64,000 nucleotides of DNA from Chrysomallon squamiferum (lineage: Eukaryota > Animalia > Mollusca), in NCBI GenBank assembly GCA_012295275.1, contig CM022676.1:14074001-14138000 (forward strand), written 5' to 3'. Under the pieces are notes generated by a model. That model was not told where the DNA came from. It saw only the letters and a list, made by a program, of their open reading frames with translations, and did not search any database. This document shows positions 39,921 to 54,785 of this stretch, piece by piece (the first letter of the stretch is position 1; every line of letters starts with the position of its first letter). A program made the translations under genes and the position numbers.

Positions 39921-39930
<10 letters not shown>
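39801..39930. mobile_element. Small MITE-like inverted-repeat element
   Basis: GTGTCACGTTGTCAATGCTTAAA ... TTTAAGCATTGACACCATGACAC (23 bp, 2 mismatches), about 75-bp interior. Confidence 0.6.
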
Positions 39931-39966
<36 letters not shown>

Positions 39967-40391
39967 GTATGTATGGCATTATGTACGTATGAATGTTTAT
40001 TTTTTGCCATGTAAACATGACATCGCTTTTTGCATTGTTTTCTTCACATATTAAAGATATAGATCTGTTATCAACAAAACATTATTTTTATTTACCTCGA
40101 CTGTGACTGTGTCCGCACAATCTGTTATAAAAAGCAGTACTAATCTATAATTCTAAAAGTAATTAATTCAATAAACGTTACAGAGTGCACCGTATTAAAG
40201 TGTGTTTCTGTGATGATATAATTTAAAACAGCTTTTTATTTATTTATTTTCTTTTTAAATTATCTAATGATCGGTGTTAGTGAAATTTTAGGCAAGCTAA
40301 TATACAATCTCACTCTTGAACAGAAATTAGTGTTAAGAAGAAGAGGAACGCCATACGAGAATTAACAAGTACATGTTTCCTTTATTATAGA

Positions 40392-40454
<63 letters not shown>

Positions 40455-40934
40455 TGTGTTCTTGTTAAACACAGACTGAGAACAAAATACAGATATCAAG
40501 TGTAGTTATAGCATCTGCTCTGTCTAGTATCTGTTTGCTTATTTTCTAATCTAACCAGTACTCAAACCAAAATATTATGTAACAAATGTTAAATGTTAAC
40601 ATAACAGTTGAAAAAGCCAATACATAGGCAACTTTTAACCAGGAATCCTGTCTCAGAACATGACTTATTATTTAACAGCTTTGTCTATAACACAGTTTCC
40701 GCAGAAAAGAAAGAAAAATATAACAGAAAAAAAAGAAAGAAAATGAATGGTAATACTTCATACATTTATTTGTTTATCTATATGGTTCATCTGTGTACAT
40801 TTTAACCAGAAATTAAATACAAAAATAAAACAACTGAACATCCAGAAAAAAAAAAAAAAAACCATAAAGCAAAGAAGACATTTATGAATCTGCGTTTATT
40901 TTATTTATATATCATACAAACATAAATGAACATT

Positions 40935-41149
40935 ATAATATCACTTTGTTCGCGAAGTTCTCCTGTGAACATCTTCTGGAAAACTTCGCTTCGTATGATG
41001 AGCATAAACTGATGCGCTTCTATAGCCGTTTTGTGTTCTCCCACTAGAAATCTAACGTCGCTGTCTTTTCTAGTACGAAAAACGTGTTGAATCAATTTCA
41101 TTATCTGTTTTCCTCTCTGCCCACTAGAGACTGCAGCTGAAGTTGCCAT
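40935..41149 (-). pseudogene. Truncated BTB/POZ domain fragment (BTBD1/2/3/6-like N-terminus)
   Basis: AACATGG start; SDVRFLVGEHKTAIEAHQFMLIIRSEVFQKMFTGELRE is a typical BTB N-terminal half; similarity ends abruptly with no clear donor. Confidence 0.8.
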
Positions 41150-41165
41150 GTTTTGACTAGAAGTA

Positions 41166-41236
<71 letters not shown>

Positions 41237-43241
41237 TAATGATAACAACAACAACAACATCAACAATCCTGTGGTATTTAGGACAATTTGATACATTAAC
41301 TGTTAATACAGCCTCTGCTTATAAGTGCTGAAATAAACAATAAAAATATGAAATTATTTACATTTGTCTACATTGTGAGCAGATAAATTATTTCTATAAC
41401 GACAATAAACATAAACTCGATACCAACAACCGAATTACTTCGAATAAACAAAAGAAAAAGGAAATAGAAACTAATACAAGTACATGACAGAATGTTATTA
41501 TTATTACATTTTTTTATGTGAACGTTCCAAACACCAGAACGACTACTAAAATTTCATTACAATACCTTACCAAGTCAGGACGTACGCAACGTTTTTTTCA
41601 TGTCAATATGAAAAAGACATCACACTATACTGATCTATTTGTCAGAAATCTAGCTCAAATATATCTTAAAACTATAATCAAACTAAGAAAACTCAAATCG
41701 GTAAAACATAGTACAATATAAAATATCATACGCTTTCAGTATGGGCGACTCGTTTTACTTCTGTTTTGTGCATACGTGGCTGACGTCTTTGTCGTCGTCA
41801 AGTGTCACTTTGTCAGATTTGTATGTCAGATTAAAGTAAACAAATCGTGCTACGAGACATGTACACTGATCTTAGACACATTTTCCCTCAAAGTAGATTA
41901 GATTAATTTAATGTTGTCCTGTTTGATTGCAGTGTTTACATCTGTGTTATGAAATGCGAATAATAATAATAAAAATAATAATAATAACTCAAAAAAAAAA
42001 AAAAAAAAAATAAGTAGAATTAGTAACTTCTAACTGGTTAACTAGTTTATTATTGATCAGTGAGATAAGATAGTTCTCAACAAATATATAAATAAATGAA
42101 TTAATAAAATAAAATAATATTTTATTTATGAAGAAAGCGTCTTTGAAATAATTGTTTACGTTATATCAACTTATTTAACAGATTTCAGACAGTAGTGTAT
42201 AACAGTGTTACAATTCGTTACCTGATTAGTTATGTAGTTAACTAAGTGTTAGAAATAATTTAAATCTTACCAAAATATGAAATGCCTTCAAATGGCCGTC
42301 TAACTTAAGTCAAATACGTCGTTGTCTGTGAGTAGTTTTCTTGGAACTGTCAGCTTTCTGCTGTTGCCAGCAAAACCGTCTGTTCATACAAAGGTGACTG
42401 AAATCAAATATCGTACACGTCAGTCCACAAGGGTAGGGTCGCTGTATTACGTGTTCTATTCAAATGTCAATATCAGTTTAATATTCAACTATATACATAT
42501 ATATATACATACACACACATATGTATAAGTAAATAATTCTCTGTTATAAAGGTACATGGATACTTATTAATTAGTGAATGTTGTAGCCAAGTTTGTCTAC
42601 CAGTTCAAGAACTGATTTATGAAACATCTGTTTTCCGCTGTCTTTGACAATGTTTGTATAAAATATTGTATACTGCTTGTGAATAAGACAGCTATAACTT
42701 GTTTAATAATTGCTGTAAGAGAAATGTTGAAGAAATGTTTTACAATATCAAAACGAATTATGTCGAACATTTATAGGACACACTGTTACAACGTGTCGTT
42801 GGAGAGCGACCTTTTAGTTTATATAAAAAACAGAATACAACTACGACTACCTCTTTTTGATTTGTCAGTGAATGTAGAAAACTCGATGTTATGTAAATAA
42901 ATCATTCATGTTAAGAATAGAAGCTGTGGCGCGTATTCAGAGAGAGTTAAAACTTGTATTTTTACACTGCTCAGTTGTTCTGTTCATTCTACCTGACTGA
43001 ACCACACGTCAGTCGAGAAACTCGTAGTTTTAACAGTTGTAGCGTTTATACATGAACAGAGTGTACAACAGAGACAAGTATTTCAATGTGTCTATCCGGC
43101 TGTTTGTATTAAAGCACATAAGACAATTTAATATAAATAAATAAATAAATTGTATTCTTCTCTTTGTATTTTCATTTTTTTCATTATTCCATTATTTCAG
43201 TGATGAAAAATAATAACAATAATAACAATAATAATATAACA

Positions 43242-43281
<40 letters not shown>

Positions 43282-44910
43282 AATAATAATAATAATAGAA
43301 ATAGAAATAATAATACAAATATTTAACTTTTTGTTTCTTATAACGTTAAACACGGATATCATGGATAAATTGCATTTGTATGTATATGTAAATATACGCA
43401 TGTGTTTACCTATGTATGAATATACACAAATATTAGCGTAGCAGCTAGTGGCATAAGAATGTTTACATCTTCTGCCTGTAAAATGTAACGTCTTATATGG
43501 TTGGTAATTCGGTCTGCCTAATTTGTTAAAAGTCGTTACTTCCCCTTTGAAGATGGACTAATTATCACCTCCGGAGCAATTGGTTTTACGAGCTTTTGTT
43601 TGGCAGAATGATCTGGCGGCAGACATCTAGCGGCAAGGTTCAAACCGCTTTGACAGATAACTCGAGGGATTTTTGAATTAGACAGATAACGTTTTGAATA
43701 AAACAACGGAGTTTTCTTTTCAATTTTATTTATTTTTTTCATATTTGTTTAGGGGAACTGTGGAACGATTCCAGTGGAACGGTCGCTGTCTACAGAACAT
43801 TCAGTAAGTGTTCAGACTGGACCTGTGTAACTACTTACATATATGTATGTGTGTGTGCGTGTGTGTGTGTGTGTGTGTGTGCGTGTTTGTGTCAGTGTGT
43901 GCGTGTTTGTGTCAGTGTGTGTGTGTGTTTGCTCTTATCCTTGTATAACCGTTATGTGATTGTTGAGAGAAATTATTCAGCACTATACTTCTATAACGAT
44001 TATACATGTGTGTACATATATGCATACATGGATCCTTATCGGACTAATTAAACTTATTGAAAAGAATATTGAGAAGAAACTGATGGATGACACAAGCAAT
44101 GAAAGTACATTTCAAATTTTAACAGAAAAGTCGTATTCAAGTTTATATCTTGTTTGCAAACGAAAAGCTAATAAAACTGAAATCCCTGTCTATTTTTTAG
44201 TAAAAAATAAAAGTTAAAAGAAAAAAACAATAGCTGTTGCGACAGAAACTTTAAAAAAGGAAGCTAGAGCTTACTTATGAAGAGTAATGTTATGAACATT
44301 TGACCTCCAATGCTAAAAGTAATCACAAATTTGGATTTGGTAAGGAATTACCTTTCCATCAATTATAACAGACTGCTGTTTACTGAGATATGTCGGTCTG
44401 AAAACTGGTGGTTCAGCCCACTTTGGCCACAAATATCAAATTTGTATCACCTGTTAAAATGATTGAGAATAACATAGATGGAAAATGAAGAGTTTACTGA
44501 AGTGTTTGTCGCTTTTGTAAAAGATATTTGATTATTCTATATTATATATAAGACGACATATAATTTCATCCTCGTTTCATGAACTTATATAATGTATACT
44601 TCTATCTTATCTGCTGAAAATAATAACGGAACGTATATTTTCACAGAAGATCTATACCAATCAGTTATTTAAGACATAAATATATTGCATTTTCATTTCA
44701 GAGGTTTATCATGAATCAAATTCAGCCAAAAGAAAAAAAAAAAACAAGACAAGAGTTGTTTTTGAATCAGATCAGTTTGACCTTCACACTTATTTGATAT
44801 TTTTAATAATTATATTTTTCAGGGGCACATATACACACATGTATAATCACAGAAATATATAGATATCTAAAGATATATACATATCTATACACATATACAT
44901 ATATCTATAC

Positions 44911-44941
<31 letters not shown>

Positions 44942-45054
44942 CATATATAAACATATACATACATATGTATGATCATAGAAATATATAGATATCTAAAGAT
45001 ATATACATATCTATATATATATATCTATACACACATATATACATATATATAAAA

Positions 45055-45097
<43 letters not shown>

Positions 45098-45106
45098 CAT
45101 ACATAC

Positions 45107-45229
<123 letters not shown>

Positions 45230-46967
45230 ATATATATGTATACACATCTGCCGTCAATGGATTAAGTAAAGAAAACTGGCTACATTAACTTATTTAAATT
45301 TTTTTCATCTTGCATTATAATTATTTTAAAAGTGTAGCCCAGGCTACAACATACAGAAAACCCAGATATATACTTCTATTTTCTATTTTTTTAAATATAT
45401 ATATATATTGTTTGTTTTTGTTTAGTTTTTTTGCCTGTGTTTTTTTAAATATTTTTGTATTGCTTTATAAGTCTGATTCAAACATGGTGTGTCAGAAGAT
45501 TCATAGCATAGTCTGTACTAATTAGAGTGAAATACTATGACTATCAAATACTGTAATTAAAGTAAAAGGAAATAATGAAAATCAGAAGAATGAAAGAAAA
45601 GTAAGCATTTTTTTCCTTCATAATAATTTGTTTTATCAAATTACTCTAATGTTTCTTCACATCTGAAGATTTACTGCTTTCTTGGTACACTTGGAACAGT
45701 TTAAAGACAACACTTTTATAAATTAAATAAACTGACAGTTTGAAATAAAAACACTGACTAATTGGAGACAAAATACAAACTTTCTCTCAGTTTTACTCTA
45801 ACGTCACTGAAACAAGTAAACTTAGATATTAACACAAATACTAGTATCTTCTTGCTTTGACCAAGTTTGGAAGGCCAGTTCTCTCCCACTAAACTCTTGA
45901 GTCACGCACCTTTAATCTAACTAATGACATAAACACAAAATAGAGCACGTATGATTTCCAAGTTATTGCCGATATAGTTGATGTAATAAAAAATATAATT
46001 AGTTATCATAGGAGTAAAAAAAGAAATAAGTGTTTCTTTAGTTATAAATAAATGAGAAATAAAAAGAAAAGAAAAAAGGAAAAAAAGAGAAACAAGAAAC
46101 CAACTTATTAGTTTTAAAAGTAATGTTTAATATAACGTTTCCTCGATGCATAAAATCCATCTATAACTACTGTTGTCGGCAGGCATCAGTTTGTCAAAAA
46201 ATGACACTTTGCAGCACAAACAAATGCAAATTGCACTTTACACACAGACACACACACACAAGCAGAAGGATTTTCGTTCATGTCAAGCTATTTATAATTC
46301 AATGAAACATTAATAATATTTTACTGGAGATGAGATTATTAAGAAAGCACTGGATACCTTTCACTTTGATACAGATATGCATATTTTTGTGTAAGGTTAA
46401 ACAAAATAATAATAAAAACCTAGAATATGCAAAACACAAAGCAAAAGGGATGGCTACAAATAAATAATGTAAAAATAGTAGTTATAAATGTGTTGAATGG
46501 TTCCACTGAAGATGACTTCCCATTTGACTTAAAATAAATTTCTCAAGAGATTATAATATGAGATCAAGTGGAAATTGTGAAATCAGTTATTAGGCTATAT
46601 GATTACTGGGAGAGTTTGTTTCAAACCTAGCAGTAAATTACATGGGTACTGCCTGGGAACTCTCTGCAAAGGCACTGAGGCAGATATCCCCAACCTGGAA
46701 AATTGAAACAGCATGCTGAATCTTCCTCCACTGAACTTGCAACTACATAAGCTGTACTAATATGATGCACAATATAAGCCATATGATAACAAAGGGCTAG
46801 TCACAAGTCAGTGATGTCAAATTAATAAAAGAAATTCACAATGAACTTCAAAGTGATCCCTTTGTTTATATTTTTGCTTCCTTGATTATTCAAGTTCACT
46901 GACAACAAATATAATAAATACATACACTTTTTAAATTTTTCCTGTTTTCAATAAATATATTTCTTAC

Positions 46968-47126
46968 AAGCTGAAAAATTACTTTTTGTAGTGGACAATC
47001 CAGGTAATATTCCTGTTCTAAGTAACACAATCAGCATCACTACGACAACAATGACAGTCATAGAACCAACAGCTCCTTCTACAGCTGCACCAAGCAGAGC
47101 ACTTGAACCACTCTGATCCTTTAAAG
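46968..47126 (-). pseudogene. TM exon of second IgSF (pseudo)gene, copy A
   Basis: ttacag|...T|gtaaga, 159 nt, phase 1-1; LLGAAVEGAVGSMTVIVVVVMLIVLLR. Confidence 0.7.
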
Positions 47127-47408
47127 CTGTAATAGATAATAACATATATATAATAACAATTTGTTCTTTTAAATCTGTAGTAAATAAAAACAGATATAAT
47201 AAAAAGATGCTTATTATAAAAGTATAATAAAAACAATTTGAAACTTTTAATGCTTCTTCGCCTCTTGAGAACGGAAAAAAAAATAAGTATGAAATATCTC
47301 TTAAATTAAAAAAAAAAAAAATCTAACAGAAGGTTCTATCATAAAATCAGTTAACATAGCGAAGTAGATAATACAACAGATTAAAATATCTAATGTTAAA
47401 TGTCTTAC

Positions 47409-47721
47409 ACCACACATCAAGTATTCCTGTGTTGGATGTTACAAGAGTTTGTCCAGGAATCCCTGCCTTGCAGTAAACACTGTGTCCATCATCTGACTCA
47501 GTCAGTGTGAGTGACAGATAACTCTTTCTTACAGTCAGGTCACCTGATGTGATATTTATGTTGGTGATTCCTGTGTTTATCTGTTGATTATTCTTGTACC
47601 AGTAAACAGACGAGACTGGGTTGCTAGGTGACGTAACACGTCAGAGAGACAAAACCTTCACTGACTTGTATTTTATCTTTCTGTGAACTGATGTTTAATA
47701 GTGTCACGTGTGTTACTTGTA
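47409..47721 (-). pseudogene. Frameshifted nephrin/CD80-like C2 Ig exon, copy A
   Basis: aacag|...T|gtaaga, 313 nt; VSEGFVSLTC then shifted SNPVSSVYWYKN...SYLSLTLTESDDGHSVYCKA. Confidence 0.82.
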
Positions 47722-47924
47722 CTGTTGTAAATAAATAATAAAATTACTGTATCATACTTTTGTATTAAAATATTATTTATTTATTTATTTTTATTATAAT
47801 TAAAAGATCGAAGTAAATATATTAATTATTAAGTAACTTCATAAACACATATCAGTAATTAATGCTCTCTTATTGTGACTATATTAAAATTACAAAAAAG
47901 TATCGACATTGAATGTTTACTTAC

Positions 47925-48108
47925 CTGGAAAGTGAGCAGTACAGATAAACTTGTTATAGACATCATTATTAAAAGACAGATGAATCAAGTGTATTGTAAC
48001 ATTAACTTTTCCTTGTACAGTTAAATAATTCATAGTCAGCCTGGCAACTGTTTTAACTTGTGGACTTGTACAACCAGCACTGACTGTTGTAGTAACTGGT
48101 GTCAATGA
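47925..48108 (-). pseudogene. Exon encoding probable C-terminal half of an Ig-like domain, copy A
   Basis: Pyrimidine tract+ag acceptor, CCAG|gtaagt donor; ...DVYNKFICTAHFP. Confidence 0.5.
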
Positions 48109-49429
48109 CTTAGAGAGAAAGACAGCACAATTATAATTATTATTATTACTACCTTAACTAATATAATATCAAAAATAATTTTTTTTTTTTGTCTGTTCAA
48201 AGGTCAAAATCATTTATTAAATTTTAAAATTGCACTCAATCAACAATGTTTTATCTATTTTTGTATCATTTTTGTGATGTAAAACAATCATTATAATATT
48301 TGAACAAATGAAATAATTTCAGTTTATCTCCAAAAGTACATTTCAAAATGAAAATAATTTGTTATGCTTGAGACTTGGTTCAAAACATGATTCTACGTAT
48401 ATAATAAATAAAAACATAGTATCACCCAGACAGTACAAACTTCCTCTTTCAGTTATAGCCATTTCAGATGAAACTAGTAACTGAAAACTGGAGAACAATA
48501 TGCATCATTTCGTAAGATCGTTATCATTTTTGTTAGCTAATTATTATTATTATTATTATTGTTATATAACATTTATTAGCACTATGCTTTAATCTCAGAT
48601 ACTTGAACAAAAAAAATATATATATCTTTTCACTCTAATTAATTTTTCATTCAAACGTATAGTTATGAATTTTCCAGTATTTAATATTTGACTATGTAAA
48701 TAATCTATGGCAAATGAATGATTTTACCAAGTTTGGCAGATCAAAGGTAAAAGTTTGATGTGTTTTGCAGAATTATGAAATTAATCAGATGAATATCTAC
48801 AACACATTGTTACAAAATAAGCTTTATCTTACTTTTAAATGATAATTATGTTTATGCATATGTATGCTAGTATTGTACAAGTTATAAAATAATTCAGTGG
48901 AACTGGGTGGGTATGTGTGTATTTTTGTTGTCATATTTGTAAGTAATGTAACATAAAGTCAGGACATGTGAGACTTGAAGGTGTATCTGATAGAGAAAAA
49001 ATATGTATGAATGTGTATATGTGTAATATTAAACTCTGATATAATACTGTACTTTGTTAAGCAAAACCAAGTGGCTGAGTGATGCTATATATTAATATTA
49101 ACAGTAATGCATGGATAAACTGTATTTTCAAAACTATTGTTAAGGTTTTCTTTAAAGCAATTATACAGAAAAAATGAATAAGATGCCATTTTTTTTTGCA
49201 AATCTGCACAGTGCCACTTCTTTCAGGTGCCATTTTTTCTGGTGTCAGTTTTTCCTACACCCATTCATCCATTATTCCTCTTGGAAGCTATGATAAATGC
49301 ATCTGAATGCTTATAATTGACTTATTCTCAGGTTTGATTATGATAAACTATATATTAATATTACGTACAAGCACAATTGATACTAATCAATGACCAATTA
49401 ACAGATAGGCAGAGTTCACATTTTTCTTA

Positions 49430-50170
49430 TGGATCTACAACATCTCTCTTCTAGTTCAGGCTCATCACCACAAATGTTGACTGCATCCACTGGTTCTGCT
49501 GTACTATTCAAAGTGAGCTGCCATTTTGACTTTGGTATCTTCTTCTGGGTTTTTTTTATTAGGTTTTTTGCCTCTTTCACCGTTGCTCTCTCTCTGCCTT
49601 TTCTTCTTCCTTCTTCTTTTTGTCTGCCAACTCTTCTTCATATCTTTGACAATTTCTTCCTTGGCATACCTCACCCTCTTGATTTTATTTGAAGTTTAAC
49701 GACATGCCCCACTAGATGGACCATTCTGTTTCAATTTTAATCAAATAACTTAATTAAAACCCAGAATGAACTATATCAGTGCCAAAACTATTTATTACAC
49801 ACCACATATGGGGCCAGAATTGCCCCAAGTAGTGGAGTAAAATAAAACACACTCTCCTTACCTAATTACCACGTATTAATCAAGTTTCTTCTGCTGAACT
49901 TAATAAATGATTTTATATTTACCTGTTATAAGTTATTACTAACCTTATGTCTATAGAACTAAAAAGGAATTTTTTTTTACAACCTTGTTTTCACTAGATT
50001 CATGGCCACTATACTCCAAGTGTAAATGGCTGATTACTTAATCCTTTGTTCTAGTGAAAGATAGGAAGGTTATTTTCATATCAACAAAGCTCCAGAAGCC
50101 TGGACAGAGCAGTATATTTGCTTCAAGATATAATATACCTTGGGGGCCAGAATTACTCCGCTGTACCCTA
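49430..50170 (-). mobile_element. Possible internally deleted pogo/Tc-like DNA transposon remnant
   Basis: TIR-like end (minus) TAGGGTACAGCGGAGTAATTCTGGCCCCC at 50142-50170, subterminal repeat GGGGCCAGAATTGCCCC at 49810, degraded K/E-rich coding-like tract 49430-49690. Confidence 0.3.
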
Positions 50171-53100
50171 CATATTTCAAGTAGTGGAATCCTTTCTTCA
50201 GGAGCAGCTCTCATCCATGGAATTACAGCTTTAATGGGCAAATATTCAGATGCATGAAAGACAAATATATAAAAAAAAGATATTGAAAATGTACCCTAAC
50301 ATCAAAGCAGTGCTTCCTGATTTAACTGAAGTGACTGATAACAGGACAAAAATTGTTAACTTTATTAAGGTCAGACCACTTAACTATCATTTTTTGATCA
50401 TTTTGTGACGATATGGGAAGTACAACTGAAGTTATTATTACATAGAGCAATTCAATAGCTTTCAAAAGGGAAAATGCTGATGAGGATTTTGGAGTTGCAT
50501 GACGACGTTTACGTTGTAAAACCTGAAGCACAATTTAGCTTCACGAATTCATAATTCGAACTAAGTCAACAACCAAATATAAGCATATCATGATCCAAGA
50601 AATGCACTCATTGTTTAACTGAGAAATATGCCACAATCAACATCTTTACAAATAAAATGATATATTTTTGAACATATATTCAATGAATAATTCATATTGT
50701 AATTTTGTATAAAGCTTATGCATTACAATGAATATCATTTTATTCTTTAACAGATGTGCAGTAATTTTCTACTACACAATCGTTATTTCTTCTTATCATT
50801 TGTTTTATAAAGCAATTACACTGCAAAAAAAAATGAAAAAGAACAAAAACATTAAAAACAACTCTTAAGAAGAGAAAAAATTAAAAAAAAAATTAAAAAA
50901 AAAATTGCCTTTGTCTATTCAGCTAAATGTTCATTTTATAGGTGCAAGTAGGTAAACAACAATATTATCACTGTTTGTCTGGTTTAGTCATTTCATGCTT
51001 ATCAAATTTGGGAAGCATTTCAAATTTAAGCATTAAATATATAATCAATTAAATAAAATCAGGGACGTTTATTCACAGAGTTTAAGTTGATCAGAGAAAC
51101 AGTAACCACTTTATCCACAGTGGAGTGGTACTTGTGAATTAGTTTGTAATTTCAGGCATTCTGTGCCTTAAAAACCTAATACAATATTTCTGCATGGTAC
51201 TTTATAATTATATTTTAAAAATTTTGGACGTATCCTTGTAAGATCTATCAATAAAAATTAAGTTTAAATTTTTAAATTTACTCAATTAAAGTGCATATAA
51301 TAAATAACCTGAGTCTGGAGAGCTCTGGAAGAATTGTTCAAATCAAAGGAGGAATGCTTGTTCACTGAATGACTACAGTTTGGATGGACATAGTTAACAA
51401 CATTCTTACTGTTCTATTTATTTAAACTTTATGTGATTGATAATGACAACGTTTATTCTTAGTGTATTATATCAATATGCTTTAATCAGTGTCTCTGATA
51501 ATCTTTCAAAGTAAACTGTAGGCTTCACTATTCTAATAATTATATATGATAATTTGGTAGGATAAAACAAAACAGGTTATCCTGGAGAATTCCATGTAAA
51601 TTGTAGGTTATTGTTTCTTTTATAATATATAAAAGAATGAATCCTGTATTAACCACTGTTTGAAGAGCAGTGTTATAATTAAAAACTAAACAGATGGTGT
51701 TATAAACATAAAATATTGCTATTTCAGTTACTTGTCACAGCTAGCACTAATATAGACTCTGAACTATATTGCATTTTATGTTTCTAATGAACTTTCACAT
51801 ATTAATTAGTTATCAATATATATAATCTTATCCACTAATGCATCTATATCCTTCAAACTGTGTAAGTGATTTTCTTCTGTAGAAACAAGAAAGGTGTATT
51901 TCATTTAAGTTTCATGTTATTTGGTTAAGGTTAAAACATTTTGTGGGTATACCTAAACTTAAAGTGTCAAATTGATCAAAAACCTATTGGTATCTGAAAA
52001 TCACTGATACAGATTATCATCATTAATAATCATTAATTGATGATAGCTGAATATTTTATGTAATGAGCAAGTTAGTAAACAAATTGTAGCCAGACATACC
52101 ATCAAAAAATAAACAGTGTGGTAATCATAAACTTGAATTATCAAAGTTCCATTGCAAACTGTAAACTGAAAAAGTGTAATTAAATATTTCAAAGTCATGC
52201 TGTTATTATGAAAAGATGATATATATATTATAAAAAATGCCAGAATTTAACCGTTTTCGTGGTTACGAATCCTGCCTCACACGAAAACAACAAAGGTTAG
52301 ATCACCTTTATATCTTAATTTCCTCTTGATGGTCCTATAACCATACAAACACTGATAGTACAATAGTATAGTAATTATAATGCGGAGAATTAGCCCCAAA
52401 CGTCTTTCTCCCTTGCCAAATATTCTCTTTTCTTTCTTGAACCATCTTGCACTCCTCTCACACTTGTAACATTCCACATCCCTGACCAATACTGGCAGAC
52501 CATTATTGTCCTGGGTTCCTTAAGGCAATTTTTACCAAATTTAATATCCCAAGTGTTGGAGAAATTTCTTAAGTCTAAACAAAATAAAATAAACGTCAGA
52601 CGACATACTGGTGTTTCTGTATCTTTAGTGAAAACAAAAGTTATGCCAGGTGCTTTAGTTCAGTCCCTCACATATGTATACTACTTATAAACAGAATTAA
52701 TTTATAAAAATGCATCAACTAGATTGGTAAAACTATTGTTTAAATACTAATTGATGATGTAAAGCTCTTTATAATCTAAATCCAGTGATAAATATCTTGC
52801 AGATATTCATTTTATATATCTCTTAAGTGCTTGTTTTTATATCAGCTGTACATAAATGAAAAAAAAGGAAGAAAAGAAGAACGAAACATTTTCATTCAAT
52901 ATCAAGGCTACGGATCTTCGATAACTCAAAAAAAAAAAAAAAAGAAAGAAAAGAAAGAAAAGGAAAGAAGATATATTTCTGGAGGAAACATGCCAGTAGT
53001 TATCTTAAAGCACATCATCATATAACTTTCTTATTACAGATACCTGATATTAAAAAGAAACCTACAATTTTGTCAGTATAAAAGCTCATGAGTATTTCTA

Positions 53101-53949
53101 CACAAATGGCACCATCTATGGTCACAGATTATTTTACCAGTGTCTGCAGCTAATGAAACGTTATTGGATCTAAACTTCGATAAGGCCTTTATAAATTTAC
53201 AGCAAACTTAAGTTGGCGCTATTGAATATTCAATAATGCTTGTAATAATAATGTCAGTCAGTTATATTTACATCAGCAGACCTAATGTTGCTGTAAACTG
53301 TCATAAAGTCTCTGTTTAAACAAATGAAATAAACAAATCAATATTATCTGGTACAGCCATATTAAATCAAAACATAATTAAATAAAAATTAGTTCACTTA
53401 TGTATCCCTATTAAAATACCCAGTAACATATAAAGATTTTCACAAGGTAATCTGAAAATAGCGGAATAAGTTTACATCAGTATTTGATAAGTATTCTCAT
53501 GTTAATAAATGGAAAGTGGACCGACCACATGCGCTCAACACATTTCTAACTAATTTCCCAACATTAAACTGGTACATGTCTTTACAAAATTTATTTTGCA
53601 CAACTTCAATAATTTTCCAGGAGGTTATCCTTTGTATCCCATCTATAATATATAATTTTAGAAAAATGACCTTGATATTTTTCTAAAATGGGAGGGAATT
53701 AATACATCATAGATAAGATCTAATATGGTTTATGAATGGACTGTGTATCAGTCAGCTCGTAATTTTTTTTTTTTAAATACTGGTTCCTATACATATGCAG
53801 GATCTTAGACTTTGATTTGAAGCATTTAGGACTTCATCTGCATAGAGTGTATTCTGGAAATATTGATTAAAGGATTGCTTAATGCCCTGGATTCAATCCG
53901 CACATCTGTTTCAGGAACTTCGTGCACGTCACACATTTCTTAGATAACT

Positions 53950-54785
53950 GTTGGGCCAGTGATGAAGACCAGTGCCAGTAGCCCATCCAAGGAATTACGC
54001 TCACTGCTTACACAATGTTACTGCCTCTAAAATACACCCCGTCTCCTTCAGTACTGGCATATACGATGTCCTTGTCACAGTCTGTCCTGCTATATTGTGC
54101 ATTTTGTTGAACAAGGTGTTAGGCCATCCGTAGTCCATTACAACAGTCCAGTGGGGTCGTCACAAAATTATTCATCAGAGGTCCATATTCATACTCCGAT
54201 GCATCCAGGTTTCATCAGTCTATTTGAGGCAGCTTCAGTGACGTCATCTCTAGGTTTGAATGCCAGGTATAACTGTGTGTCGTCAGAACAGAAATGTCTT
54301 GCAAATGACTGTTTCTGATAATGTCACCAAATGTGGTATACATTTCGTAGTTCATCGGCCCTAGAATGGATCCCTGGAGTATGCTCTACTCCATATGCAC
54401 AAGTGTAGACTGTTCACTATTACACACACAGTTTGATACCTATCAGAGACGTCACGACTTCATCGAGATATCGAAGTGATGTTCAAGGCGTCGGAACAAT
54501 GTTGTATAGTCGACTGTGTCAAACGCAGGAGTCATGTCGAGAAGAATGAACACAGTCGCACATCCTTTATCCAGGGATTGAAGAATATCATTCAGACCCT
54601 TGAGCAGGGCAAATTCGGTCGAGTGGAATTTCTTGTAGGCGGATTGGAGACCTTCATGAACCATGCTTGTTGCTAGGTGACGTTTTATACGTGTGTTAAC
54701 ATTCTTTTCCGATATTTTCGAGATGAAGAGGAGACGGGAGACTGACTGTAGTATTTCAGAATCTCGAGACCAACCCAGGCTTCTT
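53950..54785 (-). mobile_element. L2/CR1-group non-LTR retrotransposon RT remnant
   Basis: QSAYKKFHSTEFALLKGLNDIL..LDKG...ILLDMTPAFDTVDY..L..RL; then ILQGSILGP, HFCSDDTQLY and LDCCNGL..G.P in broken frames. Confidence 0.88.

Noticed and set aside
52240-52530. TTAACC-started piggyBac end or small ORF
   Set aside because: No partner TIR and no recognisable domain in the 70-aa ORF.
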